Assembly: GCA_046569945.1 (NCBI GenBank)
Contig: JBKHVS010000002.1
Coordinates: 1 to 54,577 of the forward strand
Length of the DNA: 54,577 bases
DNA from: Gammaproteobacteria bacterium
GTDB lineage: Bacteria; Pseudomonadota; Gammaproteobacteria; Burkholderiales; Burkholderiaceae_E
Direction of reading: 5' to 3'
Part shown: one piece after another, positions 28,032 to 37,084 of the stretch
Position numbering within the stretch: position 1 is the stretch's first letter
Layout of the letters: each line of letters starts with the position of its first letter
The notes under the pieces: generated by a model
What the model saw: only the letters and a program-made list of their open reading frames with translations
Databases searched by the model: none
Told to the model about the DNA's origin: nothing
Made by a program: the position numbers and the translations under genes

Positions 28032-29734
28032 GTCTGGGTGGGTTCCTTGGAAGTTGTCGTTTCGAGCGATGCGAGCGCGTCGTCGCGCAGACGGCGCTTG
28101 AGGATCTTTCCGGACGCGGTGCGGGGCAGCGGCGCGCCGGACAGCACCAGATGGCGCGGGATCTCGAACCTGGCCAGGTGCTTCGCGAGGAAGACGCGCA
28201 GCTCTTCTGGATCGAGCGAGGGGTCGCCATGCACGGTGGCGCCGACCTCCTCGCCGAGGCGCTCGTCGGGCACGGCGTACACCGCGGCCTCGTGGACGCC
28301 GGGGTGCATCAGCAGCGCCGCCTCGACGTGGCCGCAGCCGATGTTCTCGCCGCCGCGGATGATCAGGTCCTTCACCCGGTCGACGATGAACAGGTAGCCC
28401 TCGTCATCGAGGTATGCGACGTCGCCGGTGCGGAACCAGCCGTCGGCGGCGAAGGACTCGGCGTTTGCATCGGGACGGTTCCAGTAGCCGTCGAACATCC
28501 CGGCGCCGCGCACCAGCAGCTCGCCGCGCTCGCCCGCGGGCAGCGCCCGGCCGTCATCGCCGACGATGCGCAGCTCCATCACCGCCGAACAGCGGCCGGA
28601 GCTCGCGGGCCGCGCCAGGTAGTCCGCACCGGAGATCCCGGTGCCGATCGCATTGGTCTCGGTCATCCCCCAGCCGGTGTTGGGGGCGACGCCGTCGAAC
28701 ACCGCGTCGATCTGCCGCACCTGCTCCGGGGCCCGCGGCGCGCCGCCGCCGCCGACCGAGGCCAGCGAGGAGAGGTCGCGTCCGGTGCTGCGGGCGACCC
28801 GCACCAGGTCGCCGGTCATCGCGGCCGGCGCAACGAAGCTGGAGATGCGCTCGCGCTCGATCAGCGCGGCGGCAAGCTCCGGGTCCCACTTGTTCATGCA
28901 CACCAGCCTGCGCTGCGCGCGATAGCTCGACAGGTAGACCGCGTGCGAGCCGGTGGCATGGAACAGCGGGATGCCGAGCAGCGTGGCGGACTGTTCCTCG
29001 GGCGCGGCAGGCGCCACGCCGCTGGTCAGCGCGATCGACTGCCAGTCGAGCTCCCAGGACAGCAGCGCGGACAGCACCGCCCGATGGGACGAGAGCGCGC
29101 CTTTGGGGTGGCCGGTGGAACCCGAGGTGTAGAAGATGATCGCCGGATCGGCGGGCCCGATGTCGGCGGGCGGCATCGGCGCCTCGCCCTGCGCCGCCAG
29201 GAGATCCTCGAGCCGCTGCGCGCCCACGGTCAGGCGGGTGGACCGCACGGCGATCACCGCGGCGCGCGGCGGCCGCGCGAAGCCCTCGAGCCGGTCGAGG
29301 CGCTCCTGGTCCGCGAACAGCACCTTCGCGCCGCAATCGTCCAGCGCGTATTCCATCTCCTCGGCCTGCCACATGGCGTTCATCGCCACCGCGATCGCGC
29401 CGATCGAGGTGGCCGCGGTGAACGCGAGGATCCACTCCGGGTGGTTGCGCATCGAGATCGCGACGCGATCGCCCTTGGCCACGCCGAAGTCCCGCACCAG
29501 AACCTGCGCGATCCGGGCGGCGCGCTCGAGCGCCTGCGCGAAGCTCATGCGCTCGTCGCCGTGGACGATGAAGGGCAGCTCGCTGGCGGTCTGCTCGAAG
29601 AGCTCCCGCAGCGAGCGCGGCGCATTGCGGAACACGCGCACGGGGCGCCCCCCGATCTCGACGGTTTCGAGCTCGTAGGGCTGCCCCGGCGCGGTGAGCG
29701 CCTCGAGGGCCTGCTGGCGGGTGGGAAGGGTCAT
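28028..29734 (-). CDS. Class I adenylate-forming acyl-CoA synthetase (568 aa)
   Basis: YTSGSTGHPKG, GWGMTET, WFRTGD, DRVKDLIIRGGENI and PRTASGK. 4-bp overlap with the kinase gene. Confidence 0.94.
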   Translation of the reverse strand: MTLPTRQQALEALTAPGQPYELETVEIGGRPVRVFRNAPRSLRELFEQTASELPFIVHGDERMSFAQALERAARIAQVLVRDFGVAKGDRVAISMRNHPEWILAFTAATSIGAIAVAMNAMWQAEEMEYALDDCGAKVLFADQERLDRLEGFARPPRAAVIAVRSTRLTVGAQRLEDLLAAQGEAPMPPADIGPADPAIIFYTSGSTGHPKGALSSHRAVLSALLSWELDWQSIALTSGVAPAAPEEQSATLLGIPLFHATGSHAVYLSSYRAQRRLVCMNKWDPELAAALIERERISSFVAPAAMTGDLVRVARSTGRDLSSLASVGGGGAPRAPEQVRQIDAVFDGVAPNTGWGMTETNAIGTGISGADYLARPASSGRCSAVMELRIVGDDGRALPAGERGELLVRGAGMFDGYWNRPDANAESFAADGWFRTGDVAYLDDEGYLFIVDRVKDLIIRGGENIGCGHVEAALLMHPGVHEAAVYAVPDERLGEEVGATVHGDPSLDPEELRVFLAKHLARFEIPRHLVLSGAPLPRTASGKILKRRLRDDALASLETTTSKEPTQT

Positions 29735-29924
29735 CGGGGCTGGCTCCGCCGGCGGCACGGCTGAAGGGACGAGAAGTCGGGTCGATGCTACAGGCCCGGA
29801 TTCGGCCGGGCAACGCGAGGCCGGCGCCGGCATCCCGGTTTCCGGCTCTCTGTCGATGACCGCCGTTCCGTCTGCTAACGTGCGGACCTGCGGCCGGCAA
29901 CGGCGCTGAGACGACAGGTTCCAG

Positions 29925-31152
29925 ATGGACGAGACGGGCATGCCGGCGGCGGGGGAGGCGGCGCGGACCGCGCGCTGCGGCGACGCGGCAGCGCTGGCGC
30001 AGGCGCTGCAGGACGCGCGGCGCGACACGCTGGCGATGTTCGCCGCCTATGAGCGGGCGCCCGAGGGGCTCGCGGTCCCGCAGCGCGAGGAGCTGAACCC
30101 GCCGCTCTGGGAGCTGGGCCACATCGGCTGGTTCCGAATTCTGGCTCTCGCGCAACCCGCAGCGCGGGCTGGGCGTCGATGCGGACCCGGACGCGCCGCG
30201 CCCGGACGGCCTGCGCGCCGAGGCCGATGCGCTCTACCACTCGAGCCGCGTGCCGCATGCCAGCCGCTGGAGCCTGCCGCTGCCGGACGCCGACGCCACC
30301 CGCGCCGATCTCGCCGTCCAGCTCGAGCGCACCCTCGGGCTGCTCGAGCGGGCTGGTCCGGGCGACGAGGAGCTCTACTTCTTCCGGCTGGCGCTGCTGC
30401 ACGAGGACATGCACCACGAAGCCGCGCTGTACATGGCACGGGCGCTCGGCGTGCGGATCGGCGATCCGCGCTGGCGCCCGGCGCCGCTGCCGGACGCACC
30501 GCCTGCGCTGCGCTTCGAGCCGGGCGCCTGGACCCTCGGCAGCGCCGCCGGCGCGGGCTTCGCCTTCGACAACGAGCTGCAGGCGCACCCCGTTTCGCTG
30601 GGCGCCACCGAGATCGATGCGCAGGCGGTGCGCTGGGCGGAGTACCTGCCCTTCGTCGAGGCCGGCGGCTATTCGGACGAGCGTTTCTGGGAGGCCGACG
30701 GCCGCCGATGGCTCGCAGCCTCGGGGCGGACCGCGCCGCTGCACCTGCGCCGCACGGAGGAAGGATGGCAGCGCTGGCTGGACGGCGAGTGGACTGCGCT
30801 CGACCTGCGCGAGGCCGCCTGCCACCTGACGCTGCACGAGGCCCGCGCATGGTGCCGGTGGGCCGGCCGGCGGCTCCCCGGGGAGGCCGAGTGGGAGCGC
30901 GCCGCGTTCACGCGCCCGGACGCCTTCCGGTGGGGCGACGCCTGGGAGTGGACCGCCAGCCCCTTCGCCCCCTACCCGGGATTCCGCCCGCATCCCTACC
31001 GCGACTACTCCGCGCCCTGGTTCGACGGCCGGCCGGTGCTGCGCGGCGCCTCGTTCATGACGCAGCCGCGGATGCGCCATCCGCGCTACCGCAACTACTT
31101 CCTGGCCCACCGCAACGACGTCCCGGCGGGATTCCGCAGCTGCGCGCCCTGA
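29925..31152 (+). pseudogene. senA: Selenoneine synthase SenA-like (EgtB/SUMF1 family non-heme Fe enzyme) with a frameshift at ~30135
   Basis: Frame of 29925 gives ...ELNPPLWELGHIGWF. The frame of 30136 continues EFWLSRNPQR...ADALYHSSRVPHASRW...LYFFRLALLHEDMHHE (HX3HXE) ...FAFDNE...RRLPGEAEWE...YRDYSAPWF...YRNYF...GFRSC. The 1228-nt span is not a multiple of 3. It may be a real lesion or an assembly indel. Confidence 0.85.
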
Positions 31153-31206
31153 GCGGCGCCGGGCCTCGCCCGGGACGGCGGGCTGGCCGGCGACGGCTGC
31201 CCGCGC

Positions 31207-32172
31207 TCAGCCTCCCGCCAGGAACACGCCGAACCAGCCGCGCGGGTCGGTCCAGCACCGCACCTCGCCGAAGCCCGCCTCCCGCAGCAGCGCCTCGAAG
31301 TCCTCGGGGCGCCACTTGTACGAATTCTCGGTGTGGATGCGCTCGCCGGCGCGGAAACTGCGCTCGCCGCCCTGCCAGCGCACGCAGGTGCCGGCACGCG
31401 CCTCCAGGTGCATCTCGATCCGCGAGAGCGCCGCGTCGTAGAGCGCCACGTGCCGCCACTCGCGGACCCGGAAGTCGGCACCCAGCAGCCGGTTCAGGTG
31501 CTCGAGCAGGTTCAGGTTGAAGGCCGCGGTCACCCCGAGGGCGTCGTCGTAGGCGGCCTCGAGCACGGCCGCGGGCTTGACCAGGTCGGCGCCGATGAGC
31601 AGCGCGCCGCCGGCGGCGAGCTCCCGCGCCTCGCGCAGCAGGCGCAGCGCCGGCTCGGGCGCGAAGTTGCCGATGCTGGAGCCCGGGTAGAAGACCAGGG
31701 CCGGCCCGCCGACCAGGCCGGCAGGAAGCTGCAGACGCGCGGAAAAATCCAGGCCCACGCCGGTCATCGCGATCTCCGGGTGCTCCCGCTGCAGCGCGTG
31801 CAGCGCCTGCCGCAGGAAGTCCACCGAGATGTCCACCGCCACGTAGCGCCGCGGCCACAGGGGCCCGAACAGTCGTGCCGCCTTGGCGCAGTTGCCGGCG
31901 CCCAGGTCCACCAGCGCCGGGGCGGCGCCCGCCATGCCGAGCGCAGCGCTGCAGATTTCAGTGCCGTGGCCGTCGAAGATCGACGCCTCGGTGCGCGTGG
32001 GGTAGTACTCGGTGAGCTCGGTGATCGCGTCGAAGAGCCGGGAGCCGAGCGCGTCGTAGAGGAACTTCGGGGACACCCGCGCGGGCGACTGGAGGAGGCC
32101 GGCAGCGGCCTCGCGGGCCAGGGCAAGGTCGTCGATGCCGTGCAGTTGCAGGAAGTCCGGGGAGTTCGCCAT
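31207..32172 (-). CDS. egtD: L-histidine N(alpha)-trimethyltransferase EgtD (321 aa)
   Basis: SPKFLYDALGSRLFDAITELTEYYPTRTE, DLGAGNCAK, YPGSSIGNF, AYDDALGVTAAFNLN, RIEMHL and IHTENSYK. Confidence 0.95.
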   Translation of the reverse strand: MANSPDFLQLHGIDDLALAREAAAGLLQSPARVSPKFLYDALGSRLFDAITELTEYYPTRTEASIFDGHGTEICSAALGMAGAAPALVDLGAGNCAKAARLFGPLWPRRYVAVDISVDFLRQALHALQREHPEIAMTGVGLDFSARLQLPAGLVGGPALVFYPGSSIGNFAPEPALRLLREARELAAGGALLIGADLVKPAAVLEAAYDDALGVTAAFNLNLLEHLNRLLGADFRVREWRHVALYDAALSRIEMHLEARAGTCVRWQGGERSFRAGERIHTENSYKWRPEDFEALLREAGFGEVRCWTDPRGWFGVFLAGG

Positions 32173-32276
32173 GGGTCGAGGGTGCCTGAAGGATTCGGGG
32201 GTCGCCCGCCGGATTCTGCCGGGAACGCTAAAGTAGCGGTCCGGATCGCCACAAGCCCGCCCAGGGAACACCCGCC

Positions 32277-33143
32277 ATGACCAAACGCCCCTTCCTCGCC
32301 GCCGTCGGCGCAGTCCTAGCCGCCGCTACGCTCGCCGCCAGCCTTCCCGTCCAGGCCCAGCAGGTGCTGCGCGTGACCACCATCCCCGAAGAGGCGGCCA
32401 CCGAGCAGACCCGCAAGTTCGGCCCGATCGCCGACTATCTCGGCAAGCGTCTTGGGATGAAGGTGGAGTTCACCCCGGTGAGCGACTACCCCGCAGCGGT
32501 AGAGGCGCTGGTCAACCGCAAGGTCGACCTGGCCTGGCTCGGCGGTTTCACCTTCGTGCAGGCCAACATCCGCTCCGGCGGGAAGATCGTGCCGATCGCC
32601 CAGCGCGAGGAGGACACCAAGTTCCAGTCGGTGTTCATCGCCAAGACCGACTCCGGCATCCGGACGCTGAAGGACCTCGCGGGCCGCCAGATCAGCTTCG
32701 GCTCCCAGAGCAGCACCTCGGGGCACCTGATGCCGCGCCACTTCCTGCTCGAGGCCGGGCTGAACCCCGAGAAGGATTTCCGCCGCATCGCCTACAGCGG
32801 CGCGCATGACGCCACCATCGCCTCGGTGGTCAGCGGGAAGGTGGACGCGGCCGCGCTGGACATCACGGTCTGGAAGAAGTTCGTCGCCGAGAACAAGGTG
32901 GACACCAAGGCGGTGAACGTCTTCCACACCACGCCGGGCTTCTACAACTACAACTGGTCGGTGCACTCCGAGATGCCCGCCGACCTCCGCAACCGGATCC
33001 AGCGCGCGCTCATCGAACTCGACCCCGCGACGCCCGAGGGCAAGGAGATCCTGCAGCTCAACCGCGCGACCCGCTACATCACCACCTCGCCCGAGAACTA
33101 CAAGGGGATCGAGGCGGCGGGCCGCAGCGCGGGCCTGATCTGA
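32277..33143 (+). CDS. PhnD-superfamily oxyanion ABC substrate-binding protein, putative selenate-associated clade
   Basis: Signal peptide, LRVTTIPEE, FTPVSDYPAAVEAL, AWLGGFTFVQA, AQREED, GSQSSTSGHLMPR and YSGAHDAT. Context is egtD/senA with no C-P lyase genes. Confidence 0.85.
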   Translation: MTKRPFLAAVGAVLAAATLAASLPVQAQQVLRVTTIPEEAATEQTRKFGPIADYLGKRLGMKVEFTPVSDYPAAVEALVNRKVDLAWLGGFTFVQANIRSGGKIVPIAQREEDTKFQSVFIAKTDSGIRTLKDLAGRQISFGSQSSTSGHLMPRHFLLEAGLNPEKDFRRIAYSGAHDATIASVVSGKVDAAALDITVWKKFVAENKVDTKAVNVFHTTPGFYNYNWSVHSEMPADLRNRIQRALIELDPATPEGKEILQLNRATRYITTSPENYKGIEAAGRSAGLI

Positions 33144-33168
33144 GCGGCCCGGGCACCAGGCCCGCCAG

Positions 33169-34002
33169 GTGAAGCTCGAGCTCGAGGCGGTTTCCGCGCG
33201 GCACCCCGCAGCGCGCCGCGGCGCCGCACCGGCCCTCCAGTCGCTCGGCCTGAGAGTTGACGAAGGGGAGCAGGTGGCCGTGATCGGCCCCTCCGGAGCC
33301 GGGAAGACCACCCTGCTCCAGGTCCTCGCCTGCGCTCTGCCGCCCTCTTCGGGCAGCTTCCGGCTGGACGGCGAAAACCCCTGGCGCCTGCGCAGGCGCG
33401 ACCTGCTGGCGCTGCGCGGGCGGCTGTTCCTCGCGCCGCAGGTGCCGCCGCTGCCGCCCCGCCAGCGCGTGGTGACCGCGGTGCTCGCCGGCCGGCTGCC
33501 GGCGATGGGCCTGCTGGCCAGCCTGCGCTCGCTCTTCTACCCGAGCGACATCCCCGCGGCGCACGAGGCGCTGGCCCGCTTCGACCTGGCCGACAAGCTC
33601 TTCGAGCGGGTCGACCGCCTCTCCGGCGGCGAGCGCCAGCGCGTCGGCCTGGCGCGCGCGCTGCTCGCGCCGGCCGGGCTGTGGCTGGTCGACGAGCCGT
33701 TGTCGGCGCTGGACCCGACCCGCTCGCGCCAGGCCATCGGCACCCTGGTGCAGCTCGCGCGCGAGCGCGGCGTCACCCTGGTGGCCACGCTGCACCAGGT
33801 GGAGATGGCGCTGGCGCATTTCCCCCGCATCGTCGGCATGCGCGACGGCCGGATCGCCTTCGACCTCCCCGCCACGGACGTGACGCGCGCGCTGCTCGAG
33901 CGGCTCTATGCGCAGCACGAGGACGAGCTGCGCGGCGACGTTCCCGCGGAAGACCAGGCTCCGCCCGGCCCGGCAGCGCCCGCGGTCATGCACTGCCGCT
34001 GA
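33169..34002 (+). CDS. PhnC-like ABC transporter ATP-binding protein
   Basis: GPSGAGKTT, LSGGERQRV, LVDEPLSALDP and TLHQ. Confidence 0.92.
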   Translation: MKLELEAVSARHPAARRGAAPALQSLGLRVDEGEQVAVIGPSGAGKTTLLQVLACALPPSSGSFRLDGENPWRLRRRDLLALRGRLFLAPQVPPLPPRQRVVTAVLAGRLPAMGLLASLRSLFYPSDIPAAHEALARFDLADKLFERVDRLSGGERQRVGLARALLAPAGLWLVDEPLSALDPTRSRQAIGTLVQLARERGVTLVATLHQVEMALAHFPRIVGMRDGRIAFDLPATDVTRALLERLYAQHEDELRGDVPAEDQAPPGPAAPAVMHCR

Positions 34003-34005
34003 GCG

Positions 34006-34851
34006 ATGGCGACGAGCACCGCGGCCATCGCCGGCGCCGCCCCCGATCGCGACCCGGCCTGGCTTCGACGCCTGTTCTGGATCGGCGCGCTGTTCGTGCT
34101 CGCCTGGCCGCTGGTGGTCGCCACCGAGTTCAGGCCCTGGATCCTCTTCGAGGCGAAGAACCTGGAGGTCACCGGGCAGTTCCTGCGCAGCTTCCTGCCG
34201 CCGGCGCATTCGCAGGAGTTCCTCGCGATGGTGGCGCGCGAGTCCTGGCGCACCGTGGCGATCGCCACCGCCGGGATGACGCTCGCGCTGCTGGTCGCGG
34301 TGCCGCTGACGCTGCTGTCCACCCGCGTGCTTTCCATCTCCGCACTGTCGGGGCGCATGGCGCGCGGGCCGTTCTGGCTGCGCCAGGCGGTCCGCTGGCT
34401 GCTCATCTTCCTCAGGAGCATCCCGGAGCTGGTCTGGGCGCTGGTCTTCGTGCGGGTCGTGGGCCTCGGGCCCACCGCCGGCGTGCTCGCGATCGCGCTC
34501 ACCTACGGCGGCATGCTGGGCAAGGTCTACGGCGAGATCCTCGAGAGCGGCGAGGCGCATGCGACCGAGACGCTGCTGCGCAACGGCAGCTCGCGGATGC
34601 AGGCGTTTTTCTTCGGGCTGCTGCCCCAGAACGCCGCCGAGCTGACCAGCTACACCGTCTACCGCTGGGAATGCGCGATCCGCAGCTCGGTGGTGCTGGG
34701 CTTCGTCGGCGCCGGCGGGCTCGGCCAGCAGCTCGACAACTCGATGAAGATGTTCAACGGCGGCGAGGTGCTCACGATGCTCGCCGTGTTCGTCGCCCTG
34801 GTGGCCCTGGCCGACCGCGTCAGCACCGGGCTGCGCAGGGCGCTGGGCTGA
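34006..34851 (+). CDS. PhnE/PtxC-family ABC permease 1
   Basis: RSIPELVWALVFV..VGLGPTAGVLA, YRWECAIRSSVVLGFVGAGGLG. Confidence 0.92.
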   Translation: MATSTAAIAGAAPDRDPAWLRRLFWIGALFVLAWPLVVATEFRPWILFEAKNLEVTGQFLRSFLPPAHSQEFLAMVARESWRTVAIATAGMTLALLVAVPLTLLSTRVLSISALSGRMARGPFWLRQAVRWLLIFLRSIPELVWALVFVRVVGLGPTAGVLAIALTYGGMLGKVYGEILESGEAHATETLLRNGSSRMQAFFFGLLPQNAAELTSYTVYRWECAIRSSVVLGFVGAGGLGQQLDNSMKMFNGGEVLTMLAVFVALVALADRVSTGLRRALG

Positions 34852-34869
34852 TCCGGTGAAGGGCCTGCG

Positions 34870-35700
34870 ATGACCGCCCCCCGCGCGCCTGCCAACGAGC
34901 CCTACCGGCTGCCGCCGCCGCTCTTCGACGCGCGCTGCAAGGCCTGCTGGTTCTCGGCCGCGGTGATCCTCCTGGTCGCGGCCAGCTTCTGGTCGCTGGA
35001 CCTGCAGTGGGGCCAGTTCCTCTCGCTGGACGCGATGCGCAGCATGGGGCGCTTCCTCGGCGAATTCTTCCCGCCCGACACCTCGCCGGCCTTCCTGGGC
35101 CGGGTCGCGACGGGCGCCTGGGAGACGCTGGCGATGTCGGCGCTGGGCACCGCGCTGGCCGCGGCCGCGGGCCTGCTGCTGGCGATCCCGGCCAGCCGGA
35201 TGCACGAGGGCGATGCGGCGCCGGGGCGCACGCCCACCCGGCTGCTGCTCAACGCGCTGCGCGCCGTCCCGGAACTGGTGTGGGCCGCGCTGCTGCTGAT
35301 CGCCGCGGGCCTGGGCCCCTTCGCCGGCACGCTCGCGCTGGCCGCGCACACCACCGGCGTGCTCGGCAGGCTGTTCGCCGAGGCCATCGAGAACGCGCCG
35401 CCCGGGCCCGGCGCGGCGCTGCGCGCGCAGGGCGTCGGCACCGGCCGGGTGTTCCTCTACGCCACGCTGCCGCAGGTGCTGCCGCAGCTGATGAGCTACA
35501 CGCTGTACCGCTGGGAGAACAACATCCGCGCGGCGGCGGTGCTCGGCGTGGTGGGTGCAGGGGGCCTCGGACAGCTGCTGGCCTTCCACATGGGTCTCTT
35601 CCACATGGGCAAGACCGCGACCATCCTCGGCGCGATGCTGCTGATGGTGGCGCTGGTCGACGCCTCGAGCTACGGCGCCCGCAGGCTGCTCACCCGATGA
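34870..35700 (+). CDS. PhnE/PtxC-family ABC permease 2
   Basis: RAVPELVWA, HTTGVLGRLFAE, YRWENNIRAAAVLGVVGAGGLG. Confidence 0.92.
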   Translation: MTAPRAPANEPYRLPPPLFDARCKACWFSAAVILLVAASFWSLDLQWGQFLSLDAMRSMGRFLGEFFPPDTSPAFLGRVATGAWETLAMSALGTALAAAAGLLLAIPASRMHEGDAAPGRTPTRLLLNALRAVPELVWAALLLIAAGLGPFAGTLALAAHTTGVLGRLFAEAIENAPPGPGAALRAQGVGTGRVFLYATLPQVLPQLMSYTLYRWENNIRAAAVLGVVGAGGLGQLLAFHMGLFHMGKTATILGAMLLMVALVDASSYGARRLLTR

Positions 35701-37070
35701 AGCCGACTCCCAGGGCCGGCTGGCTCTTCGCCTACGACTGGGACCGGCGGGCGATGGACCGGCTCGGGTCGCCGAGCGGCATGGCGCGCTTCGACCACGC
35801 CGGATTCGACCTCTTCTCGTTCCCGCAGAACGCTGCGCTGCTGGGCTTCGACCTGCAGCGCTTCGCGCGGCGCCAGGCCGCGATCGGCCGCCGGCGCGGC
35901 TGGCGCGCGGTGCTCTTGCATCACGAGCAGTTCGGCGCGCTGGCCGCCGCGCTGGTGGCGGAGCGGCTGGAGCTGCCCGGCACGTCGCCGGAGAGCATCC
36001 TCGCGGCCCAGCACAAGCTGCATGCGCGGCGCGTGCTGCAACGGGTGGCGCCGGAGGCGAACCTGCGCTTCGCCGAGCTCGACGCCGGCTACGGCGACCC
36101 GATCCCCGAGGGCCTGGCCTACCCCGCCTTCGTCAAGCCGGTGAAGGCGGCCTTCTCGGTGCTGGCGCGCCGGGTCGAGAACCGCGACGAGCTGCAGGCG
36201 CACACCCGCTTCGGGCCGTTCGAGCAGTGGATCATCCGCCGGCTGGTCGAGCCCTTCGACCGCATCTGCCGCGCCCGGCTGCCGCAGGCCGGCAGCGCCC
36301 ACCGGATGCTGGTCGAGGAGCCGGTGCCGACGCATGTACCGCAGTACAACCTCGACGGATGGGTGGGCGATGGCCAGGTGCACATGCTCGGCGTGGTGGA
36401 TGCCGTGATGGTGCCCGGCACCCAGGCCTTCATGCGCTGGGAGACGCCCAGCCGGCTCGACCCGGCGATCCAGCAGCGCGCGCTGGACGTGGCGCGGCGC
36501 TTCCTCGCCGCGATCGGCTTTCGCAACGGCTGCTTCAACCTCGAGTTCTTCCACGATCCGGCCAGCGACCGGCTGGTGGTGATCGAGCTCAATCCGCGGC
36601 TCGCCTCGCAGTTCGGCGACCTCTACCGGCGCGTGCTGGGCGTCGATGCCCATGCGATGGCGCTTGCGCTGGCACTGGGCGACGATCCGCTCGCCCTGCC
36701 GCGCAGCGCCCCGACGGCGGGCGCGGCCGCCAGCCTGGTCTACCGCGCCTTCGCGGCCGACGAGGCGCCCCCGCAGCCGAGCGCGGCGCAGCGCGCCGAC
36801 TTCGCCAGGCAGCATCCCGACGGACTCCTGTTCGGCTTCCCCAAGCATGGCCGCGCGCTGGAGCGCGACCTGAAGTGGACCGGCAGCCATCGCTACGGCG
36901 TCGTCCACCTCGGCGGACGCGACCGCGACCAGCTGCGGCAGCGCGCGGAGCACGCAAGCGCCCTGCTCGGCTGGCCCGCGCCCTACCTCGACCAGATGCC
37001 GGCCCGTTCCAGGAGCGCGAACCAGCAGGACCACCCAGCCGAACTGACCGGCACGCTGCCGGTTGCCTGA
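35697..37070 (+). CDS. ATP-grasp domain protein of unknown function (457 aa)
   Basis: QHKLHARR, YPAFVKPV, LVEEPV, YNLDGWV, GCFNLEFF and VIELNPRLASQF. ATGA overlap with the permease 2 stop. Confidence 0.85.
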   Translation: MKPTPRAGWLFAYDWDRRAMDRLGSPSGMARFDHAGFDLFSFPQNAALLGFDLQRFARRQAAIGRRRGWRAVLLHHEQFGALAAALVAERLELPGTSPESILAAQHKLHARRVLQRVAPEANLRFAELDAGYGDPIPEGLAYPAFVKPVKAAFSVLARRVENRDELQAHTRFGPFEQWIIRRLVEPFDRICRARLPQAGSAHRMLVEEPVPTHVPQYNLDGWVGDGQVHMLGVVDAVMVPGTQAFMRWETPSRLDPAIQQRALDVARRFLAAIGFRNGCFNLEFFHDPASDRLVVIELNPRLASQFGDLYRRVLGVDAHAMALALALGDDPLALPRSAPTAGAAASLVYRAFAADEAPPQPSAAQRADFARQHPDGLLFGFPKHGRALERDLKWTGSHRYGVVHLGGRDRDQLRQRAEHASALLGWPAPYLDQMPARSRSANQQDHPAELTGTLPVA

Positions 37071-37084
37071 ACCCACGGAACTCA

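Noticed and set aside
29780-29924. SAH or TPP riboswitch upstream of senA (CAACGGCGCT and GCTGAGA words present)
   Set aside because: The other required elements are missing: GAGGAGCG...CAGGCUC for SAH, and CCUGAUC...AGCGUAGGGA for TPP.
32277-35700. Phosphonate utilisation (phnDCE) operon
   Set aside because: No phnG-M, phnWX or ptxD genes nearby and no obvious pho box. The context points to the selenium-associated clade, though phosphonate transport is not excluded.
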